Assembly (NCBI GenBank): GCA_977017645.1
Contig: OZ360227.1
Location: 126,790,001 to 126,854,000 of the forward strand
Source: Torpedo marmorata
Lineage: Eukaryota
Length of the DNA: 64,000 nt
Direction: 5' to 3'
This document shows, piece by piece, positions 41,695 through 56,000 of this stretch. A program made the translations under genes and the position numbers. The notes beneath the pieces were generated by a model. It ran no database searches and had not been told where the DNA came from. It was given only the letters and a program-made list of their open reading frames with translations. The stretch's first letter is position 1; every line of letters begins with the position of its first letter.

Positions 41695-44600
41695 AAGAAA
41701 TACAATACAATGAAAGAAAGGGAACGAAATTGAAAATACAATATCACATATGTATATATATTAAAATAAAACTTCAAACAGTATAAATTTGATCCCCCTC
41801 CACTGCAATAGGTGACAATGAAATAAACCATCAAAAGTATTATATATATAAAAAAACATCTAACCTACTCTAATAAAAAAAACCAACTAACAAAAAAAAT
41901 CTGAGCAGCTTATCCTGAAGGTTATATATATTTTGTAATTTTTGGTTCCTACCGTAAATCAAAAAACAAAGGAAGAGTAAATACATCTAATCACATTAGA
42001 AACACTTACATCATATGAAAAAAAGACATAAAAGGTCACCATGGATCTTCAAATTTCACCGATGAATCAAATTCATGATATCTAATTTTTTCTAAGCTTA
42101 AACAAGACATAATAGAAGAAAACCATTGAAACACTGCTGGAGGTCTAGAGTCTTTCCATTTGAATAGGATGACTCTTCTAGCCAACAATGTAGAGAAGGC
42201 CACAACCCGTTGATCAGGTACAGAAAAACTCGCTATGTCTGGGTCAATAACCCCGAAAAGAGCAGCTATTGGATTGGGTTGTAGCTCCACCTGGAGTATA
42301 GTTCAAAAGATATTAAAAATTTATTTCCAATAGTTTTCTAAGGATGAACAAGACCAAAACATATGTGTCAATGTAGCAATTTGAGACTTGCATCTGTCAC
42401 AAATAGGGTTAATATTAGAAAAAATACTAGCCAATTTATCTTTGGACATGTGAACACGATGCACCACTTTGAATTGGATTAATGAATGTTGGGCACATAT
42501 AGAAGATGTATTTACCAATTTAAAAATCTTGTCCCATAGATCCTCAGATAAGGGTTTTGCAAGTTACAGTTCACAAGCCTTTTTAATCTTATCATGAAGT
42601 ACTGGATGTAATTTTAATAATGTATCATATATAATTCCAATTAATCCTTTCTGAGAAGGATTCAATTGAAAAATATTATCAACTAAATCTGGTGGATATA
42701 TAAATGGAAAATCCCGTAATATGATATTTAAGAAATTTCTAATCTGTAAATATCTAAAAATATTAGTATTTGGTAAGTTATATTTGGCAAGCTGTTCAAA
42801 AGACATTAAACAACCTTCCTTAAATAAATTTGCAAAAGAAACAATACCTTTGATTTTCCATATAGAGAAAAATTGATCAATTATTGATGGTCAAAAAAAA
42901 TAGTTATGAGAGATAGCACTAGATAAGACAAAGTTTTTTAAATTAAAAAATGTTCTAAATTGGAACCAGATTCGTAATGTATGTTTGAGTATTGGATTAT
43001 ATATATTCCTATTGATTTTGGAAAAGCTAAATGGAAGAGAGGCACCCAATAAAGAGGCCACTGAATACTGCTGCATAGATTTCAATTCTAAATCTGTCCA
43101 TAATGGATGATCCAATTTATCAGAATAAAAAAATCCAAAATGTTAGATAGCGAATATTAGCAGCCCAATAACAAAATCTAAAATTAGGTAAGGCCATACT
43201 TCCATCTTTTTTCAATTTTTGAAAATGTAATTTACTAATTCTAGGGTTTTTGTTCTTCCAAATAAAGGAAGAAACTTTTGAGTCAATATTATTAAAAAAA
43301 GATTTTGGAATGAAAACTGGAATTGCTTGAAATAAATATAAAAACTTAGGTAATATTATCATTTTAACTGCATTAATATGACCTATTAAAGATAACGATA
43401 AAGGAAACCATTTAGAAAAAGACAATCTCACATACTCGAATAGAGGAGAAAAATTGAGTTTATATAAATCTTTAAATATTTTAGTAATTTTAACCCCCAA
43501 GTATGTGAAATTATCTCTAGCAATCTTAAATGGAACTTGAGTATAGATAGGAACCTGCATATTAATCGGAAAAAGTTCACTTTTATGAAGGTTTAATTTA
43601 TATCCAGAGAAAGAGCTGAATTGAGAAAACACAGATAACATAACTGGGAAAGATCTTTTGGGATCTGAAATATAAACTAATAAGTCATCTGCATACAAAG
43701 AAACCTTATGAGTTACCCAGTCTCTGACAATCCCTTGAACCTCATGAGAGTCTCTAAGGGCTATTGCCAGAGGTTCTAAAGCTAGATCAAATAGCAAGGG
43801 GCTAAGGGGACATCCCTGTCTAGTTCCCCTAAACAACCTAAATGAGGAGGATTTGTTAATATTAGTAACTACCATAGCTAAGGGGGTACTATAGATCAAT
43901 TTAATCCACGATATAAAACCCATACCAAAATTCAATCTCCTTAATGATTCGAATAAATAGTTCCACTCCACTCTGTCAAAAGCCTTTTCTGCATCTAGAG
44001 AAACTATACATTCTGAAATTGTGTCCAAAGGGGAATAAATAATGTTCATTAATCTACGGATGTTGAAATGTGAATATCGATTTTTAATAAATCCAATCTG
44101 ATCTTTAGATATAACAGAAGGAAGAATATATTCCAACCTGCTGGCTAGAATCTTAGAAAGAACCTTAAATTCTACATTCAACAAAGAAATTGGCCTATAG
44201 GAAGTACATTCAGTCAGATCTTTATCTTTTTTAGGAATCAGTGAAATTGATGCTTCATAAAAAGTTGCCGGTAGGGTCCCAGAGAAAACGGAATTTTAAA
44301 ATACTTTACATAGTTGAGGAATAAGTAAGTTAGTAAATGATTTTAAAAATTCCACCGTAAAGCCATCCAGACCTGGGGTCTTGCCAGATTGAAGAGAAGA
44401 TATAGCTTGGGAAACTTACGACTCTGAAATTGGAGCTTCCAACAAGTTTTGATCTTCAGATGATATTTTAGGAATATTCAACCATTGTAAAAATGTATCC
44501 ATTAAAATAGAATTATCAGGAAATTCAGATTTGTATCGATCTGAAAAAATTCCTGAAACACTTTATTAATTTCAGCATGATCAAAAGTTAAGTTTCCATA

Positions 44601-46223
44601 CTTCTTACGTATCTTTATGATTTGTCTTTTAGCTGCAGCTGCCTTCAGCTGACCAGCCAACAGCTTTCCTGATTTCTCTCCATGTACATAAAATTGAGAT
44701 TTAAGTTTAAGTAGATGATTCTCGATGGGGTAAGTTAATAATAAGTCATGCTGAGTTTGAAATTCTACTTTTTCCTTATAAAGGTCCATACTAGGTGTCA
44801 TAGAATATAATCTGTCAATCTCTTTAATTCTATTAGAAAGTAATATCAGTTCACTTTTGGTACGTTTTCTAAATCCAACAGAATAAGAAATTATTTGTCC
44901 TCATAGAAATGCTTTAAATGCATCCCAAATTACCAGATTAGACATTCCTTCCGTGGAATTTGTCTGAAAAAAGAAAGAAATCTGATCTTTAATAAAGCTA
45001 ATAAATTTCTCACCCTGAAGCAGAGTAGAATTGAACCGCCATTGTTGAACTCTGGAAGTGACACCGGAGATTTCAACAGAAAGCTTTAAAGGTGCATGAT
45101 CATAAACCACGATTGCATCGTAGTCACATTTCCCTATCGAAGGCACCAATCGTGTATCAATAAAAAAATAATCTATTCTAGAGTAATTATGGTATACATG
45201 AGAAAAGAAAGAAAATTCCTTTTCCTTCAGGTGTAAAAATCTTCATATATCGACTAAACCATAGTCCAGCAGGAAAGAGTTAATATAACTAGCTGATTTA
45301 TTTGGAAGTATCTGAATGGCGGAGGACCTGTCAATCAGAGTATTTAAGCAACAGTTAAAATCTCCACCCATAATCAGCCCGTATTCATTCAAATTAGGTA
45401 GGGAATTGAAAACCTTTTGAAAAAATTCAGGACAATTGATATTAGGAGCATATTTATTAACCATTACTACCTTCTTATTTCCCAATGAACCTGTAAATAT
45501 TAAAAATCTTCCTGCTACATCAGATATTGTATTAAAATGTACAAATGGAATCTTGGAATCAATAAAAATCGAGACGCCTCTAACTTTAGCTTGAGAAAGG
45601 GAATGGAATTGTAAACCCTTCCAAAATTTAAAAAAACTATATTTGTCCTTCTTGCGAATGTGCATCTCCTGCGCAAAAACAATATCGGCCTGAAACCTTT
45701 TAATCATATTAAATACCTTTTGCGTTTAATAGGGTGATTGAGGCCATTCAAATTCCAAGAAATAAAATTAAATGTATTTATAGCCATATTAATATTAAGA
45801 TTAATAAAATTAAAAAGGAAAGCTTGTTGCGCATGTACAAGCACATTCCCAAGAGGGCGATAGAGCACAGCATGAACCATAACGAAGATACAAATGATAA
45901 ATTCCAAAACCATTCAAAGCTGCTCAGGGAAAAAAAAAGCTTATACTAACTAACCCCACCCCCACCCCCAAAGCCCGAAAACTACCCAATAAGAGGGCAG
46001 CAAGCTGAAGCTACTCATCCCTTAACCCCGATCTCCAACTGGGAGCGCTCCAAACAAGAATTACAAAGTTATGTTCATTCCCAAACTGAGTTCTGCGTCG
46101 CAAGCCATCAAGCGCCAAGATTAACTGTCCAGAAATTACACGGTTGAAAAAAAATGATCGCCATTTTACAAACCCAGTACAGTATCAACCGTTAATTAAT
46201 TAATAAGAAAGATAACCAAAGGT

Positions 46224-46634
46224 TGGAAAAAATTTGTTGTTCTAATCTTGATAAGAATCTCAACTTTCAGAGGATATGGGGTTCATTTATGAGCCTCTTT
46301 CCGACATTGTAATTATGGGCTTTATAACATTCTCTCTTTCTTTTTTCTTTATCTTAGCCAGTTTCAGATGCGCATGGATTAGGGTTTAGATTTCCTCCCC
46401 TTTTTTGTTAGTTAGTTGTAGTTTAGATTCTTTTTTTTCTTTTCCTTTGCTTTTATGTTTTGGGGGTATGTCAGTTTTATGTGGCCATTCCTTGATTGCT
46501 CTTTCCTTGTATTATTACTTCTGAAAGGGGACTTAATGACATTTGTAATTATAATTTTCTTTACTTTTGCACTGACTGCCTCGGTATTGTTTGAGCTTAT
46601 TTGTTTTAAAAATCAATAAATAAAATTGAAAAGA
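46224..46634 (+). mobile_element. Short L1 3' end inserted in the L1-D inter-ORF spacer
   Basis: 19-bp TSD aagaaagataaccaaaggt (46205-46223, 46635-46653); EKI...FQRIWGSFM*; aataaa tail. Confidence 0.88.
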
Positions 46635-47192
46635 AAGAAAGATAACCAAAGGTAACAACCTGTAAAGTTAAACTATATATATTAAAAAAGGGGAGAAAAC
46701 CCCTATTACTTTTTATTTAAGCAAAAAATATATAAAGAGAGAAAACAGAAAGAAAGGAGTGAATCCAAAATATCTTCAGCCATAACATCTCTTATCCAGG
46801 AAACAGCTCATGTAGATTGCTACAGATCTTCCAGATACTTCCAAGCTTGATCTGGAGTAGTAAACCATTTGGGGGGACCATTCTTGGGGAAAATCTTCAA
46901 ACGAGCAGGAAAACGAAGAAAAGGGCGAAGTTGTTTTTGATAGACCTCAGACATGACTTCTTTAAATTTCATTCTCTCTGCCAGGACTTCAGGGCAGTAA
47001 TCTTCCACAATACGAATAGAGATATCACGAAATTTCAGCATACCTTGCCTACGAGCCTCTCTGATTATAGCTTCCTTTGATTGAAAATAATGAAAGCAGG
47101 GAATAACAGGTCGAGGTTTAACTTCGGGTGGAGGTTTTGACCTCAGAGCACGATGTGCCCGATCCAAAATTGGAGGTTTACTCAGCACTCCT

Positions 47193-47516
47193 TGTAAAGG
47201 TTAAAACTAGTGTTTTGACTCTTAGTTAATTATATGCCTGTCTCTTTAAGGCAACTATTGTTTGTAGTGTTACTATAGTGATTATGATGTAATATGTCGT
47301 AATATCCACCCAGGCTAGAGCCTTTGCATTCATTCGACGAGATGTGAAGAATGTGTGAGCACGAGAAATATTTTCTTTGAGCCATTTTGTAGCATCTCTT
47401 TAAATGTTTTTGTATCTCTTAAATACCGTAAATGCTTTATTATTCAACTATATGGAAGTTTTATTGCAAAACTATGTAAAAATGTTTATACGCTTAATCA
47501 ACAAATTAAAACGACA
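47193..47516 (+). mobile_element. Putative 5' LTR of the BEL/Pao element
   Basis: Starts TGTAAAGG exactly where L1-D ORF1 breaks and ends attaaaacgACA. The partner LTR is not in the window. Confidence 0.6.
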
Positions 47517-47813
47517 AAAGTAGATACCAAGAAAATGATTTATTGGATTAAAGGGATGATAATTCGGAATATTGTAGCTCACGCATTGGAAGATGATACT
47601 TTGAAATTAGTAGACAAGATGAGACAAGTGTCGTCTATATTTTGATTCAAAGAAAATATCAATTGTGATTTTGTTCAGAAAGAAAGTTTGTAAAATCTGT
47701 CTAAATGAATTGCGCAGTTTGAAATTATGCCAAAGACTGGCCAGACAGCCAGTGTCCTTGAAAAAGTTAAGCCAGAGCTTTGGTAGCAGAATTGGCAGGA
47801 AGCCCAGAAGATG

Positions 47814-48414
47814 TTTTTTTTTTATTATTTTATTTAAAATTTTTAAATCACACAATACACAGTTTAAAATGCAAATTTCTCAAATTACATGTGATACATT
47901 TTCACCCCCCCTCCCTCGCTCCCCTCCCTAACCCTCCCGAAAAGAAAGAAAGAAGAAGAAAAGGATAGAGTAAGGAGAATGTCAATCTAAAAAGAACAAC
48001 TATAAACTGATCTTATTGTGGAGGATAGGCTCGCCAGCCAGAACCGATGTCCAGAGATCTTCAAATCCTTAAACCCACAATTTTTATATATGGGCTCCAT
48101 ACTTCCAAAAAGAAATGATACTTATCACGTAAATTATATGTAATTTTTTCGAGTGGTATGCATGAACGCAATTCTGCGTGCCATCTTTCCAACCCTAAGT
48201 CTACATCCGACTTCCATGTAGTGGCAATACATTTCTTAGAAACGGCTAAAGCAATCCGTAAAAATTCTGTCTGGTACATATTTAATTTCCCTTTAACACT
48301 GGTTCCTTCAATATCTCCAAACAAAAATATCATAGGATCCATTGGAAGTGTAGTTCCTAATAATTTATCCAAAAATTTTTTAACTTTCAACCAAAAATCA
48401 TAAACTTTTGGACA
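47814..48414 (-). mobile_element. AT-rich L1 3' fragment in the BEL leader
   Basis: Poly-T, C-rich tract and CPKV..FW...EKITYNLRDKY. Possible short tgttttt TSD. Confidence 0.9.
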
Positions 48415-49199
48415 CTTTTGTTTTTGTAAACAATAGATAAGAAAGCTTGTTTGCAAAACTACAGAAAAGCCAAAACTTAGAAGCAGAAATCAGGAGAAGC
48501 CAGAAGCCAGGTTGCAGTGTGAAGAACCCAAGATGGATAAGAAGAAGCCACTGGATAAGGACCTCGAGCAAACAGATCCTCTCAAAAAACTGTTTGATCG
48601 TGAGCCAAGCCAGCAAGGCGGACCGATAACACTTAATAGGAGGTTGGAGCAAGTACACAAGGAGGAAACGGCTTCAACTAGCAAGTAAGAAGACGATGTC
48701 AAGACACTGCCAACGTTGGTAACAGGCTTAAAGATAAGTGGAACTGGAACTGAAAAATTTATGTTACAAAATCCCATTGGTGCTGCACCAAGCGAAATGC
48801 AGAGGATAGAGACTCAATCAGCGGTATCTGAAAGTTCAGACGTGAATCCTGATGATAGTATTTCCAAGGTTATAAGCGCAGCCAGATCTTCAAAGTCTTC
48901 AAAGACATCTAGAGCCACAAGTTCAGCTTCACGTGCTTCAAGCATATCAGCTATGCATGCTAAGGCGCAAGCAGAATTGGCAACTGTCTGTGAATGACAA
49001 CAGTGGTTGGAGAAAAAATACGATATAGAGGACAGGCAAGCTGAAATCAAGAATCAGCAAGCTGAAATCAAGAATCAGCAACTAAGTCAGCAACTGAAGT
49101 TACAATTGGCTAGTGAAAACAAATGAGATTATTGAAAAGCGAAGAGAAAAGATTAAAGCTAGAGGAACAAAAAGCTATGAACCAGGCTAAAGTGAAAGC

Positions 49200-49375
49200 C
49201 AGTAAAACACGAAAATCTGTAGACGCCGTGGTTGCAGTAAAAAACACAAATGCTGGAGAAACTCAGCAGGTCAAACTGTGTCTTTTATGTAGCAAAGGTA
49301 GAAATACATAACCGACGTTTCAGGCTTGAGCCCTTCATCAAAGAATGAGAAAATGCCGGCAGGCGTCCGAACAAA
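49200..49375. mobile_element. Penelope terminal-repeat insertion in BEL gag
   Basis: 11-bp TSD aaagtgaaagc (49189-49199, 49376-49386), aaatgctggagaaactcagcagg, and a hammerhead-like core on the minus strand at 49314-49343. Confidence 0.85.
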
Positions 49376-49671
49376 AAAGTGAAAGCATTAGCTCAGCCTT
49401 CTGCAAGATGTGTCACTCAAAGTGATATACTCAAAGGGCAAGCACCTTTCATTTCAGCAGAGCCACAAGAAAAAAAAATACTTGGGCAAGGAGCTACAGG
49501 TGTCGCTACAAGTGCTCAAATGATAATGGCCAATCCTATGGAAAGAACTAGCAACATTCAATCTCTCCAGAGCGCACAATATATGGATCTTCCCGAAAGG
49601 AGGGTATTTCAAAAGGATATAACCATGTGAGTTGATCATACTCAACCATGTATGTCTCGTTATGTTGCTTG

Positions 49672-49910
49672 AGAATCAATTGCAACCCAAGGATTCCCAC
49701 CAATGCAATTAATTGCAACCCAAGGATTCCCAACAATGCAATCAATTACAACCCAAGGATTCCCACCAATGCAATCAATTGCAACCCAAGGATTCCCACC
49801 AATGCAATCAATTACAACCCAAGGATTCCCACCAATGCCATCAGTCGCAACCCAAGGATTCCCACCAATGCCATCAGTCGCAACCCAAGGATTCCCATCA
49901 ATTCCATCAC
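49672..49910 (+). repeat. 33-bp coding minisatellite (~7 units, QSIATQGFPPM)
   Basis: Unit caatgcaatcaattgcaacccaaggattcccac, in frame with gag. Confidence 0.95.
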
Positions 49911-52900
49911 TTAGTTACCAAGGTCCTATACCTAAAGAACCAGTTCAAGATCCGTTTTCACCATTCAGCTTAAGACAACCAGTCATAAGCCATGGAGGAC
50001 AAGACAATATAATATCACTTATAGCAAGACAAAATGAAATCTCTGCTATGTTAGCGCAGCAACAAGGTATATATGGTTTACCTAAGAAGGAAATTCCAGT
50101 TTTTAATGGAGATCCATTACAATATATGACGTTCATGATATCTTTTGAACATCACATTGAAAGTAATACTAAAAATGCTAAAGTTTGTCTTTATTACTTG
50201 GAACAGTATACTGGAGGACAGCCGAATGAGTTAGTCAAAAGTTGCCAATATATGAATCCAGAACAAGGGTTTAAAAGGGCAAAAGAATTATTGCAACACC
50301 ATTATGGCAATGAACATAAAATTGCAAGGGCCCACATAGACAAGATTCTATCTTGGTCATCAGGGAGTGCTGCGTGATGTGCTTTACAGAAACGTGGCTA
50401 AACGCGGACATTCCGGACACAGCGCTTGCAGCCCAAGGGCTACACCATCCATCGCGCTGACCGAACACCGGCGTCTGGAAAAACAAGGGGAGGCGGCGTT
50501 TGTGTCATCATCAATTCATCGTGGTGCACAGACGTGGCGGTCATGTCCCAGTCCTGCTCCCACGACCTGGAACATCTGGCGACCAAGTGTCGCCCATTCT
50601 ATCTGCCGAGGGAGTTCACCGCCATCATCCTGGTCGCAGTGTACATTCCGCCCCAGGTTGGCACTGGAGGGACTGAGCACTGTGATAAACAGCCATAAGA
50701 CAGCACATCCTTTTTTTAAAAATATTTTATTTAAAATTTTAAATCACAAAATACATAAGGTAAAACATAAAATTATCAAAATACATGTGATACATTTTCA
50801 CCCTCCCTCCCCTCCCTAACCCTCCCACCCCTTCTAATCTACTAAAATAAAATAAAAAAGAAAGAAAGAAAGAAAAAGGTAGAATAAGGAGAATGTCAAT
50901 CTAAAAAATACATCTATAACTAATTTTATTATGGAGATAGGTTTGCCAGTCAGATCCGATGTTCAGAGATCTTCAAATTCTTAAACCAACAACCTTCATA
51001 TATGGGCTCCATACTTTCAAAAAGAAATGATATTTATTACGTAAATTATAAGTAATTTTTTAAAGTGGTATACATGAACGAAGTTCTGCATGCCATCTTT
51101 CTAACCCTAAATCGAAGTCAGATTTCCAAGTAATAGCAATACATTTCTTAGATATCGCTAAAGCAATTCGCAGAAATTCTATTTGATACATATTTAATTT
51201 CATCTTAGTACTAACTCTTTTAATATCTCCAAACAGAAATATCATAGGGTCCATTGGGAATGTAATTTTTAATACTTTATCTAAAAAATGTTTAACTTTC
51301 AATCAAAAATCATAAACTTTTGGACAGGACCATGTAGAATGTACAAAAGAACCTTCCTCTCTATTACATCTAAAACATAAGCCTGATAATGTCGCGTTAA
51401 ATTTCTTTAACTTTTTAGGTGTTAAATATAATTGATGAAAAATGTTATATTGAACTAATCTATATCTAACATTAATAATCTTCGTCATACTTAGTTTATG
51501 TAATTCTTTCCAATGATTTTCATCTATTGTTACATTCAAATCTAATTCCCACTTTAATCTTGATTTATGAATTCCTACTTTAGGAATTTTTCTCTGAAAC
51601 AATCTATACATTTGAGAAATAAATTTATTTATATCTCCGTTAGTAACTAATAATTCTAATTCACTCTGTCTTGGTAAAGTCAAACTATAACCTAATTTCC
51701 CAACCAAAAATGCTATAATTTGATAATAAGCAAAAAGTGTATTATCCAATATATTAAATTTATCTTTCATTCTTTGAAAAGTAATAAATTTACCAGCTTC
51801 AAAACAATCATTTATTTTCTTAATTCCTTTTTGAAACCAAATTTTAAATAATTGATTATTAACAGTAAATGGAATAAGTTCATTTTGATATAGAGGCATT
51901 TTTGGAGAAATCAACCCTTTTCCTCCTATTTCCTTATCCTTAAAGATAGGAGAATTCTTCCTTCTTGTTAATATTAATTTATAATTCCATTTATAAATAA
52001 CTTCTTCTTTGGAATCTTCTCCTATATTATTTAATTCTATTCTAATCTAAGTGGAAGACTTAGTTAAATCAAAAAGTTCATTAACAAATTTTAGTTGAGC
52101 TGCTTTATAATAATTTTGAAAATTAGGAAGTTGTAAACCACCCATTTCATAATTCCAAGTTAATTTCTCTATACCTACTCTAGCCAACTTTCCTTTCCAC
52201 AAAAACTTCCTAATAATTAAATTTAAATCTTTAAAAAATTTTTGAGGAATTTCATAAGGAATTGATTGAAAAAGATATTGAATTCTTGGAAAAACATTCA
52301 TTTTAATACAAGTTACCCTTCCCATTAAAGTTATAGGTAAATCCTTCCAACTCTCTAAATCTTTTTTAATTTTCATAAATAATGGTAAATAAAAAATTAA
52401 CTAATTTTGTATCAATCTTTATTCCCAAATATTTAATTCCTTCTTTTGACCATTTAAATTGTGTAATTTCTTTACATTTACTATAATCCCCTTGCGTTAA
52501 TGCCATAATTTCACTTTTATCAGAATTAATCTTATAACCAGATATTTCCCCGTATTCTCTCAATAAAGCAGTCAATTGTATTAAAGAAGTAATAGGTTTT
52601 GTCATATATATCAATACATCGTCTGTAAATAAACTAATTTTATGCTCTTCCAAACATCTTGTCTAATTAATACAGCCAAAGGTTCTATCGCTAAAGTAAA
52701 CAATGCTGGTGACAAAGGACATCCTTGTCTAGTTGACCTAGTCAGAGGGAATCTTTTTTTTTTTTTTTTTAATTTTTATTTAGTTTTTAAAATCACAAAA
52801 TACATAGTCAAAAATAATATATTATTCAAAATACATGTGATATATTTACCATCCCCCCTTCCCTCCCTCCCCTCCCCAGCCCTCCCACACTATTCTAATA

Positions 52901-53054
52901 AAGAGAAAAAAGAATATATAGAAATGTTAGTTAAAAGGAAAGAAATAGAATGAGAAATAAAGTTAAGAGAGTTAGTATGAGGAGAAAACTATTTCAGACT
53001 AACTCTATTTGTATATGGAGGTTACTTTTGTCAGCGGTACTAACTTTTAGAGAA

Positions 53055-56000
53055 TTAATTCATACCCATAATTCTCATATATGGGCTCCAAATTTTCAAA
53101 AAGAAATGATATTTGTCTCGTAAATTATACGTAATTTTTTCCAGTGGTATACAAGAACGTAACTCTGCATGTAATCTATCTAAATTCAAATCTAAATCTG
53201 ATTTCCAAGTAATAGCAATACATTTTTTTGAAATAGCTAACACAATTCGTAAAAATTCTATTTGGTACATATTTAATCTATTTCTAATACTAATTTTTTT
53301 TATATCTCCAAATAAAAATATCATAGGATCCATTGGAATCATAATATTAAAAATTCTATCTAAAAAATCTTTGACTTTAGACCAAAAATTTTTAATTTTC
53401 AAACATGACCATGTACAATGTACAAAAGAACCTATTTCATCTTTACATCTAAAACACATATCTGACAATGCTGGATTGAATTTCTTTAATTTTTTAGGTG
53501 TTATATATAATTGATGAAAAAAGTTATACTGTACTAATCTATATCTAACATTAATAATCTTAGTCATACTCAATTTACACAATTCTTTCCAGTGTTGTTC
53601 ATCTATATTAGTATTTAGATCTGATTCCAAATTTAATCTAGATTTATGCAATCCTACTTTAGGTATCTTTTTCTGAAATAATTTATACATTTGCGATATA
53701 AATTTATTGACATTTCCATTAGTAATTAATAACTCTAACCCATCCTGTCTAGGAGATATTAATTGATTCCCTAATTTCTCAACTAAAAATCCTTTAACTT
53801 GATAATAAGCCAAAATTGTATTATCCATTATTCCAAATTTTTCTTTCAATCTAGAAAAAGTAACAAATCTTCCTGCCTCAAAACAATCTTTAATCTTCTT
53901 AATTCCTTTTTGATACCATAATTTTAAAAATTGATTATCCATAGAAAATGGTAATAATAAATTCTGATATAATGGCATATTTAAAGAAATTGATCCTTTT
54001 CGCCCTATTTCATTATCTAATTGATTCCAAATCTCTAATAAATGTCTAATAATCGGTGACTTTTTCTTTTTAATCAATAATAATTTAGAATTCCATTTAT
54101 AAATAATATCTTCCTTATTTCTTTCTCCTATATTACTTAATTCTATATTAATCCAAGCCGTGTTTTTAGTTAAATCAAATAATTCATTTATAAATTTTAA
54201 TTGTGCTGCCTTATAATAATATTGAAAATTAGGAAGTTGTAATCCACCCATTTCATATTCCCAAGTTAATTTATCCATACTTACTCTTGCCAGTTTTCCT
54301 TTCCATAAAAACTTTCTAATAATACTTTTTAAATCTTTAAAAAATTTTTGAGGAATACCAAAAGGTATAGATTGAAAAAGATATTGAACTCTTGGAAAAA
54401 TATTCATTTTAATACAGTTCACTCTTCCTATTAAAGTTATAGGTAAATCTTTCCAATTATCCAAATCCTTCTTTATTTTCTGAAATAAAGGTATGTAATT
54501 TAATTTATATAAATTTTCTAACTTTGTATCCACTTTAACTCCCAAATATTTAATAGCTTCTTTAGCCCATTTAAATTTTGTAACTTCTTTACATTTAGTA
54601 TAGTCTCCTTGAGATAAAACCATTATCTCACTTTTATCCGAATTTATTTTATATCCAGATATTTCACCATAATCCCTCAATATTTTATCTAATTGTTGAA
54701 GTGATTCAATAGACTTTGTCATATATATTAATACATCATCTGCAAACAAACTAATTTTATGCTCTTCTGCACCTACTTTTATCCCTTTTATATTCATATC
54801 TTTCCTAATCATTTCCGCCAACGGTTCTATTGCCAATACAAATAAAGCAGGTGACAATGGACATCCTTGTCTTGTTGACCGTGTCAAAGAAAATTTAGAT
54901 GATATTTGACCATTTGTAATTACTTTAGCTGTAGGTTCCTTATATATAGTTTTAATCCAATTTATAAACGTATTTCCAAATCCATATTTCTCTAAAACCT
55001 TAAATAAAAACTTCCACTCTAACCTATCAAATGCTTTTTCTGCATCTAATGCTATCACTAACGGTAAATCCTGTTTCTTCTTTTGTAAATTAATCAAACT
55101 TATTAATCTTGCTATATTATCCTTTGAATATCTATTTTTAATACATCCTGCTTGATCTGGATGTATTAAAAATGGTAAAAACTTAGCTAGTCTATTTGTC
55201 AAGATTTTCGCCATTAATTTATAATCTACATTTAACAATGATATAGGTCTATACGATTCAGTTTTCAATACATCTCTATCCTTCTTTGGTATAACTGTAA
55301 TAACAGCATTTAAAAAAGTTTTCGGTAATAACTGAGTTTCCTTTATTTGAGTCAATACTTCCATATATATAGGTATCAATAAATCTTTAAACTTCTTATA
55401 AAACTCTACAGGAAATCCATCATCACCAGGAGATTTACCACTATTCAATGATGATAAAGCTTCACCTACTTCTCTCATTGTAATTGGTAGATCTAACAAA
55501 TCTCTATTAGAACTATTTAATTTGGGCAACATAATTTTAGATAAAAAATCGTCAATTTTTACAACATCTTGACTCATTTGTGAAGTATATAAATTTTGAT
55601 AATATTCTTTAAAAGAATTGTTTATTTCTTGAGGTTTATAAGTTATATCTCCATTACTTTTCTTTATAGCATTTATAGTTTTAGAAACTTGTTCTTTCTT
55701 TAATTGCCATGCTAAAACTTTATGTGCTCTTTCTCCCAATTCATAATATCTTTGCTTTGTTCTACCAATTAATTTTTCCATTTTTCGAGTTTGTAATATA
55801 TTATAATGTAATTTTTTCCCCATTAAACGTTGTCTCTTAAGAATTGTTTTGTTTCTTTGAAAATCTTTTTCCATAACTTCAATCTCCCCCTCCAATTTTT
55901 CTTCTTCCTTCAAATAATCTTTTCTAATTTTTGCCGAGAAGCTTATTATCAATCCTTTTAAATATGCTTTTAAAGATTCCCAAATTATAAACTTATCATC

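Larger units (their letters stand above)
40810..47192 (-). mobile_element. L1-D: older, degenerate L1 of a different family, cut in ORF1 by the BEL element
   Basis: ORF1 C-terminal part ILDRAHR..RPVI..RIVEDY (46820-47188). ORF2 fragments from ~45787 to ~42030: [38 protein letters not shown]. Confidence 0.9.
48532..50359 (+). pseudogene. BEL gag N-terminal part
   Basis: MDKKKPL...VNPDDSIS + Ser-rich tract + AQAELA + coiled coil; LPKKEIPVFNGDP...KILSWS, which resumes as IKSEDTKALQ at 61264. Confidence 0.85.

Noticed and set aside
49672-49910. CRISPR-like regular repeats
   Set aside because: Head-to-tail 33-bp units without unique spacers, in frame in Gag, in a vertebrate context.
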